From Bacillota bacterium (GTDB lineage: Bacteria; Bacillota; Sulfobacillia; DUSP01; JBFMCS01), in NCBI GenBank assembly GCA_040754315.1, contig JBFMCS010000049.1, forward strand, positions 8,347 to 72,346: DNA of 64,000 bases, given 5' to 3'. Below are positions 1 to 9,087 of this stretch, one piece after another (position 1 is the first letter of the stretch; each line of letters opens with the position of its first letter). The notes beneath the pieces are model-generated. The model was given only the letters and a program-made list of their open reading frames with translations. It was not told the DNA's origin and did not search any database. Both the position numbers and the translations under genes were made by a program.

Positions 1-1
1 G

Positions 2-76
2 GAGTATGTGGACTTCATGCTGGGACCGGAGGGACAGGGGATCGTCCTGGACCTGGACTTCGTGCCCGTCAAGTGA
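2..76 (+). CDS. pstS: Phosphate ABC transporter substrate-binding protein PstS, C-terminal end (5' partial)
   Basis: Frame-2 translation EYVDFMLGPEGQGIVLDLDFVPVK* matches the conserved PstS C-terminus. It is followed by pstC, pstA and pstB. Confidence 0.6.
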   Translation, partial: EYVDFMLGPEGQGIVLDLDFVPVK

Positions 77-141
77 AGGGGGGCCTATAACATTGGGGGG
101 GCAATCTCCCGCCTCTCCGCCCGCTTGGCCTCGCCCTGGGG

Positions 142-172
142 GGAAAGCAGCCGGGATACCGGCTGCCTTTCC
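142..172 (+). promoter_or_regulatory. Intergenic stem-loop between pstS and pstC
   Basis: GGAAAGCAGCCGG-gatac-CCGGCTGCCTTTCC, a hairpin with a stem of about 13 bp. Confidence 0.35.
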
Positions 173-212
173 CGGTTCCCGGGCAAGGGTACGGGCCGCT
201 GAGAGGCTAGCC

Positions 213-1067
213 ATGAACGTGGCGGCCGCCTCGGGCTTTGCCGTGGTGGCCTTTGTAGCGCTGGTATTCGCCTTCATGCTCCTTGAGGTCTGGCCCCTGG
301 CACGGGTTATGAACCCCTGGGGCTTTGTCGCCGGGCCCAAGTGGTACCCTGTATCGGAGCCTCCCACCTTTGGGATCCTCCCCTTCATAATGGGTTCGGC
401 CTGGATATCCCTGACGGCCCTGCTCTTATCCTTCCCTGTTGGCCTGGGAGGTGCCATCTACCTGGCGCACATTGCCAGGGGTCATGTGAAGGTGGTGGCC
501 AGGGCCTGTCTTGAGATCCTGGCAGGGATACCCTCGGTGGTCATGGGCTTCATCGGTCTTACCATTGTGGCCCCCTTCGTACAACAGGCGCTGGGCCTTG
601 CCACAGGTCTCACAGGGCTCACCGCCTCGCTGGTGCTGGCGGTAATGGTGCTTCCCACCATCATGAGCCTAGGGCAGGACGCACTGGAGAGTGTCCCAGA
701 GGATTACTGGGCTGCCTCCCTAGCCCTGGGCGCCTCACCCTGGCAGACACTGGTACGGGTGGCATTGCCGGCGGCGTGGTCTGGCCTTCGTTCTGCCGTG
801 CTCCTCGCGGCAGGCCGCCTTGTGGGGGAGACAATGGCCGTGCTCATGGTGGCAGGAGGGAGAACCGTGGTGCCCTCGGGAATAGCCCAGCCCATGCGGA
901 CCATGACCGCCACCCTGGCGGCGGAGGTAAATAACGCTGTGGTGGGATCAGACCACTACCGGGCGCTCTTCGGCATCGGTGTGGTGCTCTTTCTCATAAC
1001 CATGACCCTGTCCACGGTGGCTGCCTGGGGCTCCTTCAAGAGGGAGGGAGGTACGGAACATGCATAA
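213..1067 (+). CDS. pstC: Phosphate ABC transporter permease PstC
   Basis: Polytopic membrane protein with a BPD-transporter permease signature, PstC-like. The ATG at 213 was chosen because the region 5' of it carries the end of pstS; the track ORF starts at 6. Confidence 0.85.
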   Translation: MNVAAASGFAVVAFVALVFAFMLLEVWPLARVMNPWGFVAGPKWYPVSEPPTFGILPFIMGSAWISLTALLLSFPVGLGGAIYLAHIARGHVKVVARACLEILAGIPSVVMGFIGLTIVAPFVQQALGLATGLTGLTASLVLAVMVLPTIMSLGQDALESVPEDYWAASLALGASPWQTLVRVALPAAWSGLRSAVLLAAGRLVGETMAVLMVAGGRTVVPSGIAQPMRTMTATLAAEVNNAVVGSDHYRALFGIGVVLFLITMTLSTVAAWGSFKREGGTEHA

Positions 1068-1929
1068 CCTTTACTGGTTCGGTTCAGGCAGGCGTGAGAC
1101 CGTGTGGGCCTTGACGGTGACTGGATGCTTCTGCTTGGCCATGTTCACCGTCATTGCCATCCTGGCCTACGTTGTTCTCAGGGGGGTTCCGGGGATGTCC
1201 TGGGAGTTCCTCACGGCTATGCCGAAGAACCGTGCCATTGAAGGGGGAATACTCCCCGCGCTCTTAGGGAGCCTCTGGCTCCTTGTGGGTACGTGTGTCT
1301 TCACGTTGCCGCTGGGGATCATGGCTGCCATCTACCTCACTGAGTACTCCCGGAAGGGCCCGGGTGTCGGCCTCATCAACCTGGCCCTTGTAAACCTGGC
1401 CGGGGTGCCCTCCATCGTGTATGGCCTTTTCGGCCTTGCCTTTTTTGTGCTGCTCCTCAGGTTCGGTCCTTCGCTCCTCTCGGCCTGTCTCACCCTGTCA
1501 CTTCTGAGCCTGCCGGTGGTGGTCACGGCCGCCCGGGAGGCCCTCCTGGCGGTGCCCCAGACCCACCGCGAGGCCGCCCTGGCGCTGGGGGCGGGAAAGT
1601 GGCAGACCATCCACACGGTAGTGCTGCCCCAGGCCAAAAGGGGTATCCTTACCGGGACCGTCCTGGCCATGGGGAGGGCCGTTGGGGAGACCGCCCCTAT
1701 CCTTGCTACAGGGGTGGCCTTCGTGCTCCCCAGGTTACCGGAGGGGCCGATGAGCCGGTTCATGGCCCTGCCCTATCACCTTTACGTATCTGCCACTCAG
1801 ATCCCCCAGATGCCAAAGGAGCGGGTTTGGGCCACGGTGCTCGCTCTCTTGTTCCTGGCTGTATTGTTCAACGCCAGTGCCTTTGTTGTGCGCCGCGGGA
1901 TTGGAAGGGGAGAGGCCAGAAATGGATAA
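1060..1929 (+). CDS. pstA: Phosphate ABC transporter permease PstA
   Basis: Permease with an EAA-like loop. Overlaps the pstC stop and precedes pstB. Confidence 0.85.
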   Translation: MHNLYWFGSGRRETVWALTVTGCFCLAMFTVIAILAYVVLRGVPGMSWEFLTAMPKNRAIEGGILPALLGSLWLLVGTCVFTLPLGIMAAIYLTEYSRKGPGVGLINLALVNLAGVPSIVYGLFGLAFFVLLLRFGPSLLSACLTLSLLSLPVVVTAAREALLAVPQTHREAALALGAGKWQTIHTVVLPQAKRGILTGTVLAMGRAVGETAPILATGVAFVLPRLPEGPMSRFMALPYHLYVSATQIPQMPKERVWATVLALLFLAVLFNASAFVVRRGIGRGEARNG

Positions 1930-2692
1930 ACCACCAGGCAATACCGTAATCCAGGCAACGGGCTTCAGCCTCTGGTTTGGACGTGCAAAGGTCCTGAACG
2001 GCATAAACCTGGATGTTACCGAAAACCGTATCACCGCACTGATTGGGCCCTCGGGTTCGGGCAAGTCCACCCTCCTGAGGTCGATGAACCGTATGAACGA
2101 CCTGATCCTGGGTTTCCGCCGGGAAGGTGACATAACGCTCCGGGGAGAGAGGATATACGATGGCGGCCAGGACCTGGTGTCGCTGAGGACCCGGGTGGGG
2201 ATGGTGTTCCAGAAGCCCAACCCCTTTCCCAAGAGCATCTTCGAAAACGTGGCCTATGGTCCCCGGGTGCATGGGCAGAAAAGGCGCAGGGTGCTGGCGG
2301 AGATCGTGGAGGAGAGCCTGAAGAGGGCCGCCCTCTGGGATGAGGTCAAGGACAGGGTGCACCGGTCCGCCATGGAACTCAGCGGGGGCCAGCAACAAAG
2401 ACTCTGCATTGCGCGCTGCCTGGCGGTCAACCCCGAGGTCGTTCTCCTTGACGAGCCCTGTAGCGCGCTTGACCCCCAAGCCACCGCCCGGATCGAGGAT
2501 CTCCTGGTCAGCCTGAAGAAACAGGTCACTGTGATCATAGCCACCCACAACCTGCAGCAGGCCGCAAGGATATCCGATGTCACGGCCTTCCTCCTGGGGG
2601 GGACCATGATTGAAGCGGATGACACCGGGGTCATGTTCACATCCCCTTCGGATCCACGTACCAATGAATATATTACCGGGCGCTTTGGTTGA
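1922..2692 (+). CDS. pstB: Phosphate ABC transporter ATP-binding protein PstB
   Basis: Walker [13 protein letters not shown] signature LSGGQQQR and Walker B LLDEP. Start taken at MDKPPGNT. Confidence 0.9.
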   Translation: MDKPPGNTVIQATGFSLWFGRAKVLNGINLDVTENRITALIGPSGSGKSTLLRSMNRMNDLILGFRREGDITLRGERIYDGGQDLVSLRTRVGMVFQKPNPFPKSIFENVAYGPRVHGQKRRRVLAEIVEESLKRAALWDEVKDRVHRSAMELSGGQQQRLCIARCLAVNPEVVLLDEPCSALDPQATARIEDLLVSLKKQVTVIIATHNLQQAARISDVTAFLLGGTMIEADDTGVMFTSPSDPRTNEYITGRFG

Positions 2693-2716
2693 TCTCCTAA
2701 GAAGGAGGAGAGGCTC

Positions 2717-3397
2717 ATGCAAAGAACTGCCTTCAATGAAGGTCTCAACGTCCTGTACGGCTTGCTCCTGGAGGAGGAGGGCCTCATCGAGGCCATGTTG
2801 TCTGACGCTGTCAAGGCACTGAAGACCGGTGACCTCGAACTGGCCAAGGACGTAGTGGACAGGGACCAGCGGGTGGACCGCCTCGCCGAAGGCATTGAGG
2901 CCGAGGTAGTGCTACTTATTGCCCGCCACCAACCGGTGGGCTCAGACCTGAGGCGAATGGTGAGCGCCATAAAGAATGTCATAGACCTGGAGCGGGTGGG
3001 AGATCTCTCCACCAACATTGCGAGGGCTGTTCCGGAGATTGCCTCACAGGGACTGCTGAAACCCCTGATTGACATCCCCAGGATGGCAGGCATAGCCCAG
3101 GAAATGCTCAAAGACGGGATCACCGCCCTGAAGGACGAGGACATGAACCTGGCCAAGAGGGTATGTGCCCGGGATGAGGAGATGGATGCGCTGCACTGGC
3201 AGATATTCCGGGAACTCCTGGTCTTCATGATGCAGGATCCCAAGACAATCGGGAAGGCGCTGCCCCTCCTCTTCGTGGCGCGTCACCTGGAAAGGGTGGG
3301 GGATCACGCCACCAACATAGCGGAGACCGTGATCTACAATGTTACGGGGTTGCGCAGGAAGGCAAAGGAGTTTGAGGGCATGACCCCGGAGGGCTGA
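2717..3397 (+). CDS. phoU: Phosphate signaling complex protein PhoU
   Basis: 226 aa with two PhoU repeats (ERVGD motifs twice). AAGGAGGAG RBS upstream. Confidence 0.85.
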   Translation: MQRTAFNEGLNVLYGLLLEEEGLIEAMLSDAVKALKTGDLELAKDVVDRDQRVDRLAEGIEAEVVLLIARHQPVGSDLRRMVSAIKNVIDLERVGDLSTNIARAVPEIASQGLLKPLIDIPRMAGIAQEMLKDGITALKDEDMNLAKRVCARDEEMDALHWQIFRELLVFMMQDPKTIGKALPLLFVARHLERVGDHATNIAETVIYNVTGLRRKAKEFEGMTPEG

Positions 3398-3409
3398 GGG
3401 GGTACGCCG

Positions 3410-4090
3410 GTGGGGAGGAATCTCAAGGTATTGCTGGTAGACGATGAAGAGAGTTTCGTGGCATCCCTCTCCTACGTCCTCTCCAGGGAAGGCTACGATG
3501 TCTCCGTGGCCTATGACGGTGAGAAGGCCCTGGAGATGGCCATGAGTGAGCATCCTGACCTGGTGCTCCTGGATGTGATGCTCCCAGGCAAGTCGGGCCT
3601 TGAGGTCTGCCGGCAAATCAAAGCCCGTGTGAGGGCCGCCATCATCATGCTCACCGCCAGGGACGGTGAAATGGATATGGTGGTGGGGCTGGAGGCGGGC
3701 GCCGATGACTACGTATCCAAGCCTTTCAACCTCAGCGTGTTGCTGGCCCGCATAAGGGCGGTGCTCCGGCGCCAAGCGGGGGCTGAGGAGGCGGTGAGCG
3801 TGGGCCCTCTAGTGCTCATGCCCGGCTCCTACAACGCCCGGTGGGATGAGGTCTCCCTCGATCTCACCCCACGGCTGTTCCAGCTCCTGCTTCTCCTGGC
3901 CGAGAACCCGGGAAAGGTGCTGTCCCGGGATGAGATCCTCGATAGAGTGTGGGGATATGAGTACCTTGGACAGACACGCACGGTGGACGTGCACATCCAC
4001 TGGCTCCGGGAGGCGCTGGCCCAGGCCTCTGGGTCTCCGGACATAATACAGACCGTCAGGGGTGTCGGTTACAGGCTGGTGATTCCATGA
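3410..4090 (+). CDS. phoP: OmpR-family response regulator (PhoP/PhoB-like)
   Basis: Receiver domain (LLVDDE ... D ... K) plus a winged-helix trans_reg_C domain. GTG start with a GAGGGGG SD. Confidence 0.8.
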   Translation: MGRNLKVLLVDDEESFVASLSYVLSREGYDVSVAYDGEKALEMAMSEHPDLVLLDVMLPGKSGLEVCRQIKARVRAAIIMLTARDGEMDMVVGLEAGADDYVSKPFNLSVLLARIRAVLRRQAGAEEAVSVGPLVLMPGSYNARWDEVSLDLTPRLFQLLLLLAENPGKVLSRDEILDRVWGYEYLGQTRTVDVHIHWLREALAQASGSPDIIQTVRGVGYRLVIP

Positions 4091-5838
4091 AGGGCATAAG
4101 GTGGAAGTTGCTGACCTGGTTCACCCTGGTTATGGTACTCGTCCTTCTCGTCACGGGCCTTCTGGTCCTGAGGCACCTGGAGGCACTGGACACCGCCAAC
4201 CTTGAGCGTGACCTGACCCGGCGCGCCCGGGTAGTTGCGGAGGTCATGGGACCTTTGCCCCAGGGTCCCGGAGAAGAGGGTGACGCCCTGGCCACCCGGA
4301 TGTCCCAGATCCTGGAATGCCGTGTCACCCTGATCCAGGCGGGCGGGGTGGTGGTAGGGGAGTCGCTGCAGCCATCTGCCACGATGAAAGACCACTCTGG
4401 CAGGCCTGAGGTGGCAAAGGCGCTGGCCCAGGGGGTTGGCAGCGATACTCGCTCCAGCTCCACCACGGGACTGGACATGATGTACGTGGCGGTCAAGGTA
4501 CCGGGAGGGGTAGTACGGGTTTCCCTCAGTCTCAAGGAGGTCCAGTCTCGCCTTAACGCCATTGGCTTGGCGCTGCTGGCCGGAGGCATAGCCTGTGTTC
4601 TAGGGGTTTTTGCCCTGGCTCCCCTGGTGGCCAACAGGATCATTGCCCCCTTGAAACACCTGGCGTGGGTCGCCGGGAGGCTGGCTACAGGGGAGTACGG
4701 TGTGACCGCCGAGGTTAACACTGATGACGAGCTGGAGGGTGTAGCCAAGGCCTTGAACACCATGGCTCGGTCCGTACGGTCCAACGTAGAGGCTCTATCC
4801 CGCCAGGGAGACCGGCAACGGGCCATACTGGATCACCTGGCAGACGGGGTCATCCTGTTTAACCAGGCAGGAAGGATCGTCCAGGCCAGTGACAGGGCCT
4901 GCCAGCTCCTTGGGCTCTCCCGGGTTGAAGGTTTCGGCCCAGAGGCATTGGGCAGGACCCCAGAGGTGCTGGTATTCGTTCGTGCCTCGCTATCCAGGAA
5001 CGAGGAATCATCTGGCGTAGTCACCACCGTGTTTCCCAGGGACCAGGTGCTCCAGGCACATGCGGCATGGGTTCCAGACCAGGGCGGCAAGGGACTCCTC
5101 ATTACGGTACAGGACATTACGGAGGTATCCAGGCTGAACCGGCTGAGGCAGGAGCTGGTGGCCAACCTGTCCCACGAGCTCAAGACTCCGGTGGGGGCTG
5201 TTAAGGCACTGGCGGAGTGCCTGGAAATGGGTGCCCTGGAGGAACCCGAGGAGGCCAGGGAGTTCGTCCGGAGGATCGTGAGCGAGTCAGACCGGATGTC
5301 CTACATGATCAATGAGATGCTTGTGCTCTCGGAGATCGAGGCAGGCCAGGACAGGGTGAGACAGGATGACCTGGACCTGTGGGGTCTCGTTTGCCAGGCC
5401 ATGAAGGAGATGGAGCCCGTAGCCAGGGCCAAGGGGATTGCCCTGGAGAGCCAGGGGCATCCGGTGCCCCTCCGGGGGGATCCAGAGATGCTGAGAAGGG
5501 CAGTGGTCAATCTCCTGGACAACGCCATCAAGTTCTCCCCGCAGGGGACCCGGGTGAGGCTGAGACTGGGACTGGAGGCTAGAAGGGTCCTGCTCGAGGT
5601 GGAGGACCAGGGTGCGGGGATGACAGCTGACCACTTGCCCAGGGTGTTCCAGCGTTTCTACAAGGCGGAGCCCTCCCGGAAGACACCCGGGGCTGGTCTA
5701 GGCTTGGCCGTAGTGAAGCACGCGGTCAGGGCCCACGGGGGCGATGTCTTCGGCAGGTCAGAACTGGGGAAGGGATCCGTCTTCGGGTTCTGGCTTCCCT
5801 TGGGCCCTGAGGGGGCCCGGCCCGGTGCTGAGGAATGA
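4087..5838 (+). CDS. phoR: Sensor histidine kinase (PhoR-like; TM-HAMP-PAS-HisKA-HATPase)
   Basis: N-terminal TM segments, H-box SHELKTP and a G-box GAGLGLAVV. ATGA overlap with the regulator gene. Confidence 0.8.
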   Translation: MKGIRWKLLTWFTLVMVLVLLVTGLLVLRHLEALDTANLERDLTRRARVVAEVMGPLPQGPGEEGDALATRMSQILECRVTLIQAGGVVVGESLQPSATMKDHSGRPEVAKALAQGVGSDTRSSSTTGLDMMYVAVKVPGGVVRVSLSLKEVQSRLNAIGLALLAGGIACVLGVFALAPLVANRIIAPLKHLAWVAGRLATGEYGVTAEVNTDDELEGVAKALNTMARSVRSNVEALSRQGDRQRAILDHLADGVILFNQAGRIVQASDRACQLLGLSRVEGFGPEALGRTPEVLVFVRASLSRNEESSGVVTTVFPRDQVLQAHAAWVPDQGGKGLLITVQDITEVSRLNRLRQELVANLSHELKTPVGAVKALAECLEMGALEEPEEAREFVRRIVSESDRMSYMINEMLVLSEIEAGQDRVRQDDLDLWGLVCQAMKEMEPVARAKGIALESQGHPVPLRGDPEMLRRAVVNLLDNAIKFSPQGTRVRLRLGLEARRVLLEVEDQGAGMTADHLPRVFQRFYKAEPSRKTPGAGLGLAVVKHAVRAHGGDVFGRSELGKGSVFGFWLPLGPEGARPGAEE

Positions 5839-6187
5839 AGGTGCTTGCACCTGCCCTTCCTGGCCTGGGATTCCGCCACATCATGGTGAAGCCTCAGGCT
5901 GTCCCTTTGGACAGGACGCTCGTGGTCAACGGCCCTGGCCTAACCGGAAGGGTGCTACTCATGGGATGGGGATCATGGTTGCCCTGGCGGGTCAGGGAGG
6001 CAGCCACTGGACATCCCTGATACTACCTCGCAGGGGCATTATAGGAACAGGGCTAAGACGGCAGGAACCCCCCAGCCCGGAAGGCGTGCACCCGCGGAGC
6101 CCCCTGGCGCGTCATGGAGGGCTTTGTGCGGGTGGGCGGCAAGGGACCCCTGAGTGGCACGCCGCAAGCGCCCTGCCGCTTTTTGGA

Positions 6188-6583
6188 CTAACCCCCCTTA
6201 CCCTGGTTCCCTGGAGCGGGGGGTCGTTTTGCGCCATGCCCCTGGATTGCCCTGATTGCCCCGTAACCCAATCCTATCGCTGCCAGGAGCCGGGACCACC
6301 TGTGCCCTGTGGAGAGTTGCCTCCACGTCATCACGAACATGTACTTCTCCATGAGATGGGTTCCCTTGTCCAGGGCAAGGGACACCAGGTTCACGCTGCG
6401 CCGGACCGAGTAGATGGTGGCCAGCACCTCCCGCTCCCCTCGCTTTATGACGCCCTCCCACTCCTTGAGGAGTCCCGACAGGGTGGATAGAAATCTGAGC
6501 AGCACAACACACAACACCAGAAGAAGCGCGGTGTTAAGGAGCGAGGACACCAAGAGTGCTATCACCAGTAGCCTGTCTGTCAT
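6188..6583 (-). CDS. DUF948 (YtxG-like) membrane protein
   Basis: N-terminal TM helix then a coiled-coil region. Sits immediately downstream of ytxH, as in Bacillus ytxGH. Start taken at MTDRLLV. Confidence 0.5.
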   Translation of the reverse strand: MTDRLLVIALLVSSLLNTALLLVLCVVLLRFLSTLSGLLKEWEGVIKRGEREVLATIYSVRRSVNLVSLALDKGTHLMEKYMFVMTWRQLSTGHRWSRLLAAIGLGYGAIRAIQGHGAKRPPAPGNQGKGG

Positions 6584-6590
6584 AGTGGAC

Positions 6591-6875
6591 CTAGGCCTGG
6601 GAGATTTCTTCAGCGGCCTGGTCCAGGACATCCTGAACCTCCCTGATTTTCGGGAGGCGCTCCCTGAGCTTCGCCATTAGATCCTTTGTCGCGCTCACGA
6701 CCGAATCTGACTTCTCCTTGGCCTTCTCCTTGGCTAGGTCCCGGATCTCCGCACCCTTCTCCACCACCTGAGCCCTTGTCTCACTTCCCGAGGCTGGGGC
6801 AAAAAGGATGCCCAGAGCGGCACCGATGACCGCGCCCACTATCATGCCCGCGAGGAAGTCACCCTTGTTGTCCAT
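6591..6875 (-). CDS. ytxH: YtxH-domain general stress protein
   Basis: GMIVGAVIGAALGILFAPASGSETR motif typical of YtxH. Confidence 0.7.
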   Translation of the reverse strand: MDNKGDFLAGMIVGAVIGAALGILFAPASGSETRAQVVEKGAEIRDLAKEKAKEKSDSVVSATKDLMAKLRERLPKIREVQDVLDQAAEEISQA

Positions 6876-7053
6876 GTTGTCACCCCCTGTCTAGCATATG
6901 GTGGTGCCCCTGGAAGGGCTACCACAAGATACCTTCGCTAGACGCTTGTCTTTCCCTTCAGCCCCCTGGCATTTCCTGGCCGGGGCAGGCCTCGCCAATC
7001 CACGCTATTGCCCCTCGTTTCCCTCCGTTATTGCCCCGGGGCCTCTGGCCATC

Positions 7054-7082
7054 TTGACAGGCTTTTCCCCCCGGTGATAACA
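7054..7082 (+). promoter_or_regulatory. Sigma-70-like promoter for cimA (TTGACA -35, 17-nt spacer, TGaTAACAT extended -10)
   Basis: TTGACA at 7054-7059 and ATAACA at 7077-7082, seen directly in the sequence. Confidence 0.4.
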
Positions 7083-7129
7083 TCGTGTCAACATACCTAG
7101 CAAGGGTTGCCGCAGGGAGGAGAGAGCCT

Positions 7130-8773
7130 TTGACCATCCCCAGTCAGGCAAAGCCAGTGATCGAGATATATGAGACAACGCTCAGAGACGGCTGCCAGGG
7201 ACCCGGGATATCCCTGACCATGCAGGACAAGATCAACCTCACCCTGGAACTGGACCGCTTGGGCGTCCACTACATAGAGGGCGGGTGGCCCGGGTCAAAC
7301 CCCAAGGACTCCGCCTACTTCAAGGCTGCGGGCAGACTGCCCTTGAAGCGCTCGACCCTGGTGGCCTTCGGCTGCACCTGCCGGCCTGGCGGGAACCCCC
7401 CGGAGGAGGACGCAAACCTTCGGATGCTGCTGGAGGCAGGCACCGGGGTGGTTACCCTGGTGGGCAAGGCCAGTGCCTTCCAGGTCACAAGGGTGCTTCG
7501 CACCAACCTCGACGAGAACCTTCGCATCATCCGGGACAGCATAGCCTTCCTCATGTCTCACTCCAAGGCGGTCTTCTTCGACGCTGAGCACTACTTCACG
7601 GGGTTCAAGGAGGATCCAGGCTATGCCTTGGCCTGCCTTGAGGTGGCTCGGGAGGCGGGGGCCTCAAGGCTTATCCTGTGCGACACTACGGGTGGGTCCC
7701 TCCCCTGGGAGGTAGCCGCAGCTGTCCTGGCGGCCAGGGAAAGGTTAGACGTGCCCCTGGGGTTCCACGGCCACGATGATGGCGGCCTGGCCGTGGCGAA
7801 TTCCCTGGAGGCAGTGAAGTCCGGTGCCATCCAGATCCAGGGCACCATAAACGGGTACGGGGAACGCTGTGGCAACGCAGACCTGTGTGCCATCATTCCC
7901 AATCTCGTGTTCAAGATGGGATACCCATCCATGGACCCCGGCGACCTGCAGAAGCTGGCCCGGGTCTCCCGTTACGTGGCTGAGGTCACAAACCAGAAGC
8001 TGGACCTTTCCCAGCCCTTTGTGGGGGTGGATGCCTTTGTCCACAAGGGTGGCCTCCACGCAGACGCCGTGGCCAAGGATGTCACCACCTACGAGCACAT
8101 CGAACCGGGCTCCGTGGGAAACACCAGGAGGATCCCGGTATCAGAGCTGGCGGGCAAGAGCAGCATCCTAATGCGCCTGGACGAGCTGGGGATCGCGGTT
8201 GCCCCCGAAGACAGGGCCCGAGTGGCCTCGGAAATACTGGACCGCATCAAGATCATGGAACACGAGGGCTTCCACTACGAGGCCGCTGAAGCCTCCTTCG
8301 AGTTGCTGGTGCGGAGGGTCCTGGGGGAGGAAATCCCCTCCTTCGAGAACCTGGGTTTCAGGATCATTGTGGAGATGGCCCCACCAGGCGGGGCCCTGCC
8401 CTTTCTGCCCGGCCCTGGCACCAGCATGATGTCAGATGCCACCATAAAGCTGATGGTAGCAGGCAGGGTGGTGCACGCCGCTGCCGAAGGCAACGGTCCC
8501 GTGAATGCCCTGGACAATGCCCTGCGTAAGGCCTTGATAGAGTTCTACCCCTCCATCGGAAGGGTGCGCCTGGCAGACTACAAGGTGCGAGTATTGGACG
8601 GGCACGATGGTACGGAGTCGGTGGTGCGCGTCATGATAGAGTCCACCGATGGACAGCGCACCTGGAATACTATGGGGGTGTCCGGCAACATCATCGAGGC
8701 TAGCTGGCAGGCCTTGGTGGATGCTATCTCCTACTGGCTCATCCACTCAGAAGAAAGCGGCCTGCCCGGGTAG
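7130..8773 (+). CDS. cimA: (R)-citramalate synthase / 2-isopropylmalate synthase family (CimA-like)
   Basis: TTLRDGCQ motif, HMGL-like TIM barrel and a C-terminal LeuA dimerisation domain. TTG start at 7130 preceded by GGGAGGAG; the track ORF from 7085 would start upstream of the predicted TSS. Confidence 0.75.
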   Translation: MTIPSQAKPVIEIYETTLRDGCQGPGISLTMQDKINLTLELDRLGVHYIEGGWPGSNPKDSAYFKAAGRLPLKRSTLVAFGCTCRPGGNPPEEDANLRMLLEAGTGVVTLVGKASAFQVTRVLRTNLDENLRIIRDSIAFLMSHSKAVFFDAEHYFTGFKEDPGYALACLEVAREAGASRLILCDTTGGSLPWEVAAAVLAARERLDVPLGFHGHDDGGLAVANSLEAVKSGAIQIQGTINGYGERCGNADLCAIIPNLVFKMGYPSMDPGDLQKLARVSRYVAEVTNQKLDLSQPFVGVDAFVHKGGLHADAVAKDVTTYEHIEPGSVGNTRRIPVSELAGKSSILMRLDELGIAVAPEDRARVASEILDRIKIMEHEGFHYEAAEASFELLVRRVLGEEIPSFENLGFRIIVEMAPPGGALPFLPGPGTSMMSDATIKLMVAGRVVHAAAEGNGPVNALDNALRKALIEFYPSIGRVRLADYKVRVLDGHDGTESVVRVMIESTDGQRTWNTMGVSGNIIEASWQALVDAISYWLIHSEESGLPG

Positions 8774-9087
8774 ATACCGAGGACAGGGCGTTTGCCCGCA
8801 GGGCCGCGGCTTTGCACATCCTTCCTCCCCATCCTTCCCTGGGCCCGGGCAGAGGGTCCGGTTTCACCACCTGGATACCTGCGGCATAATATGACAGCGA
8901 GGGGGACAGCCCCCGGAGTGTGCGAGGGGTTACACTTCCGGGTGGGGTGAGGCGCTGGTGAGGCGCCGGGTGCTGCTGAGCCATGCCGCCTGCCTGGAGG
9001 AGCCGCCGGCGTCCACGGGATACACCCATAGGGCGCCCGGGAGCACCCCTCTAGAGAACGTGTCTTTGCGGCCGCCTTGCCAGGTTC

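Noticed and set aside
1868-2722. Long antisense ORFs opposite real genes. Examples: 1868..2722, 3044..3775, 9617..10264, 10515..11369, 17718..18245, 20555..21535, 22218..23330, 35401..36348, 56188..57303.
   Set aside because: These are high-GC antisense artefacts. Each lies opposite a gene with clear family motifs, and none has family features or an SD of its own.
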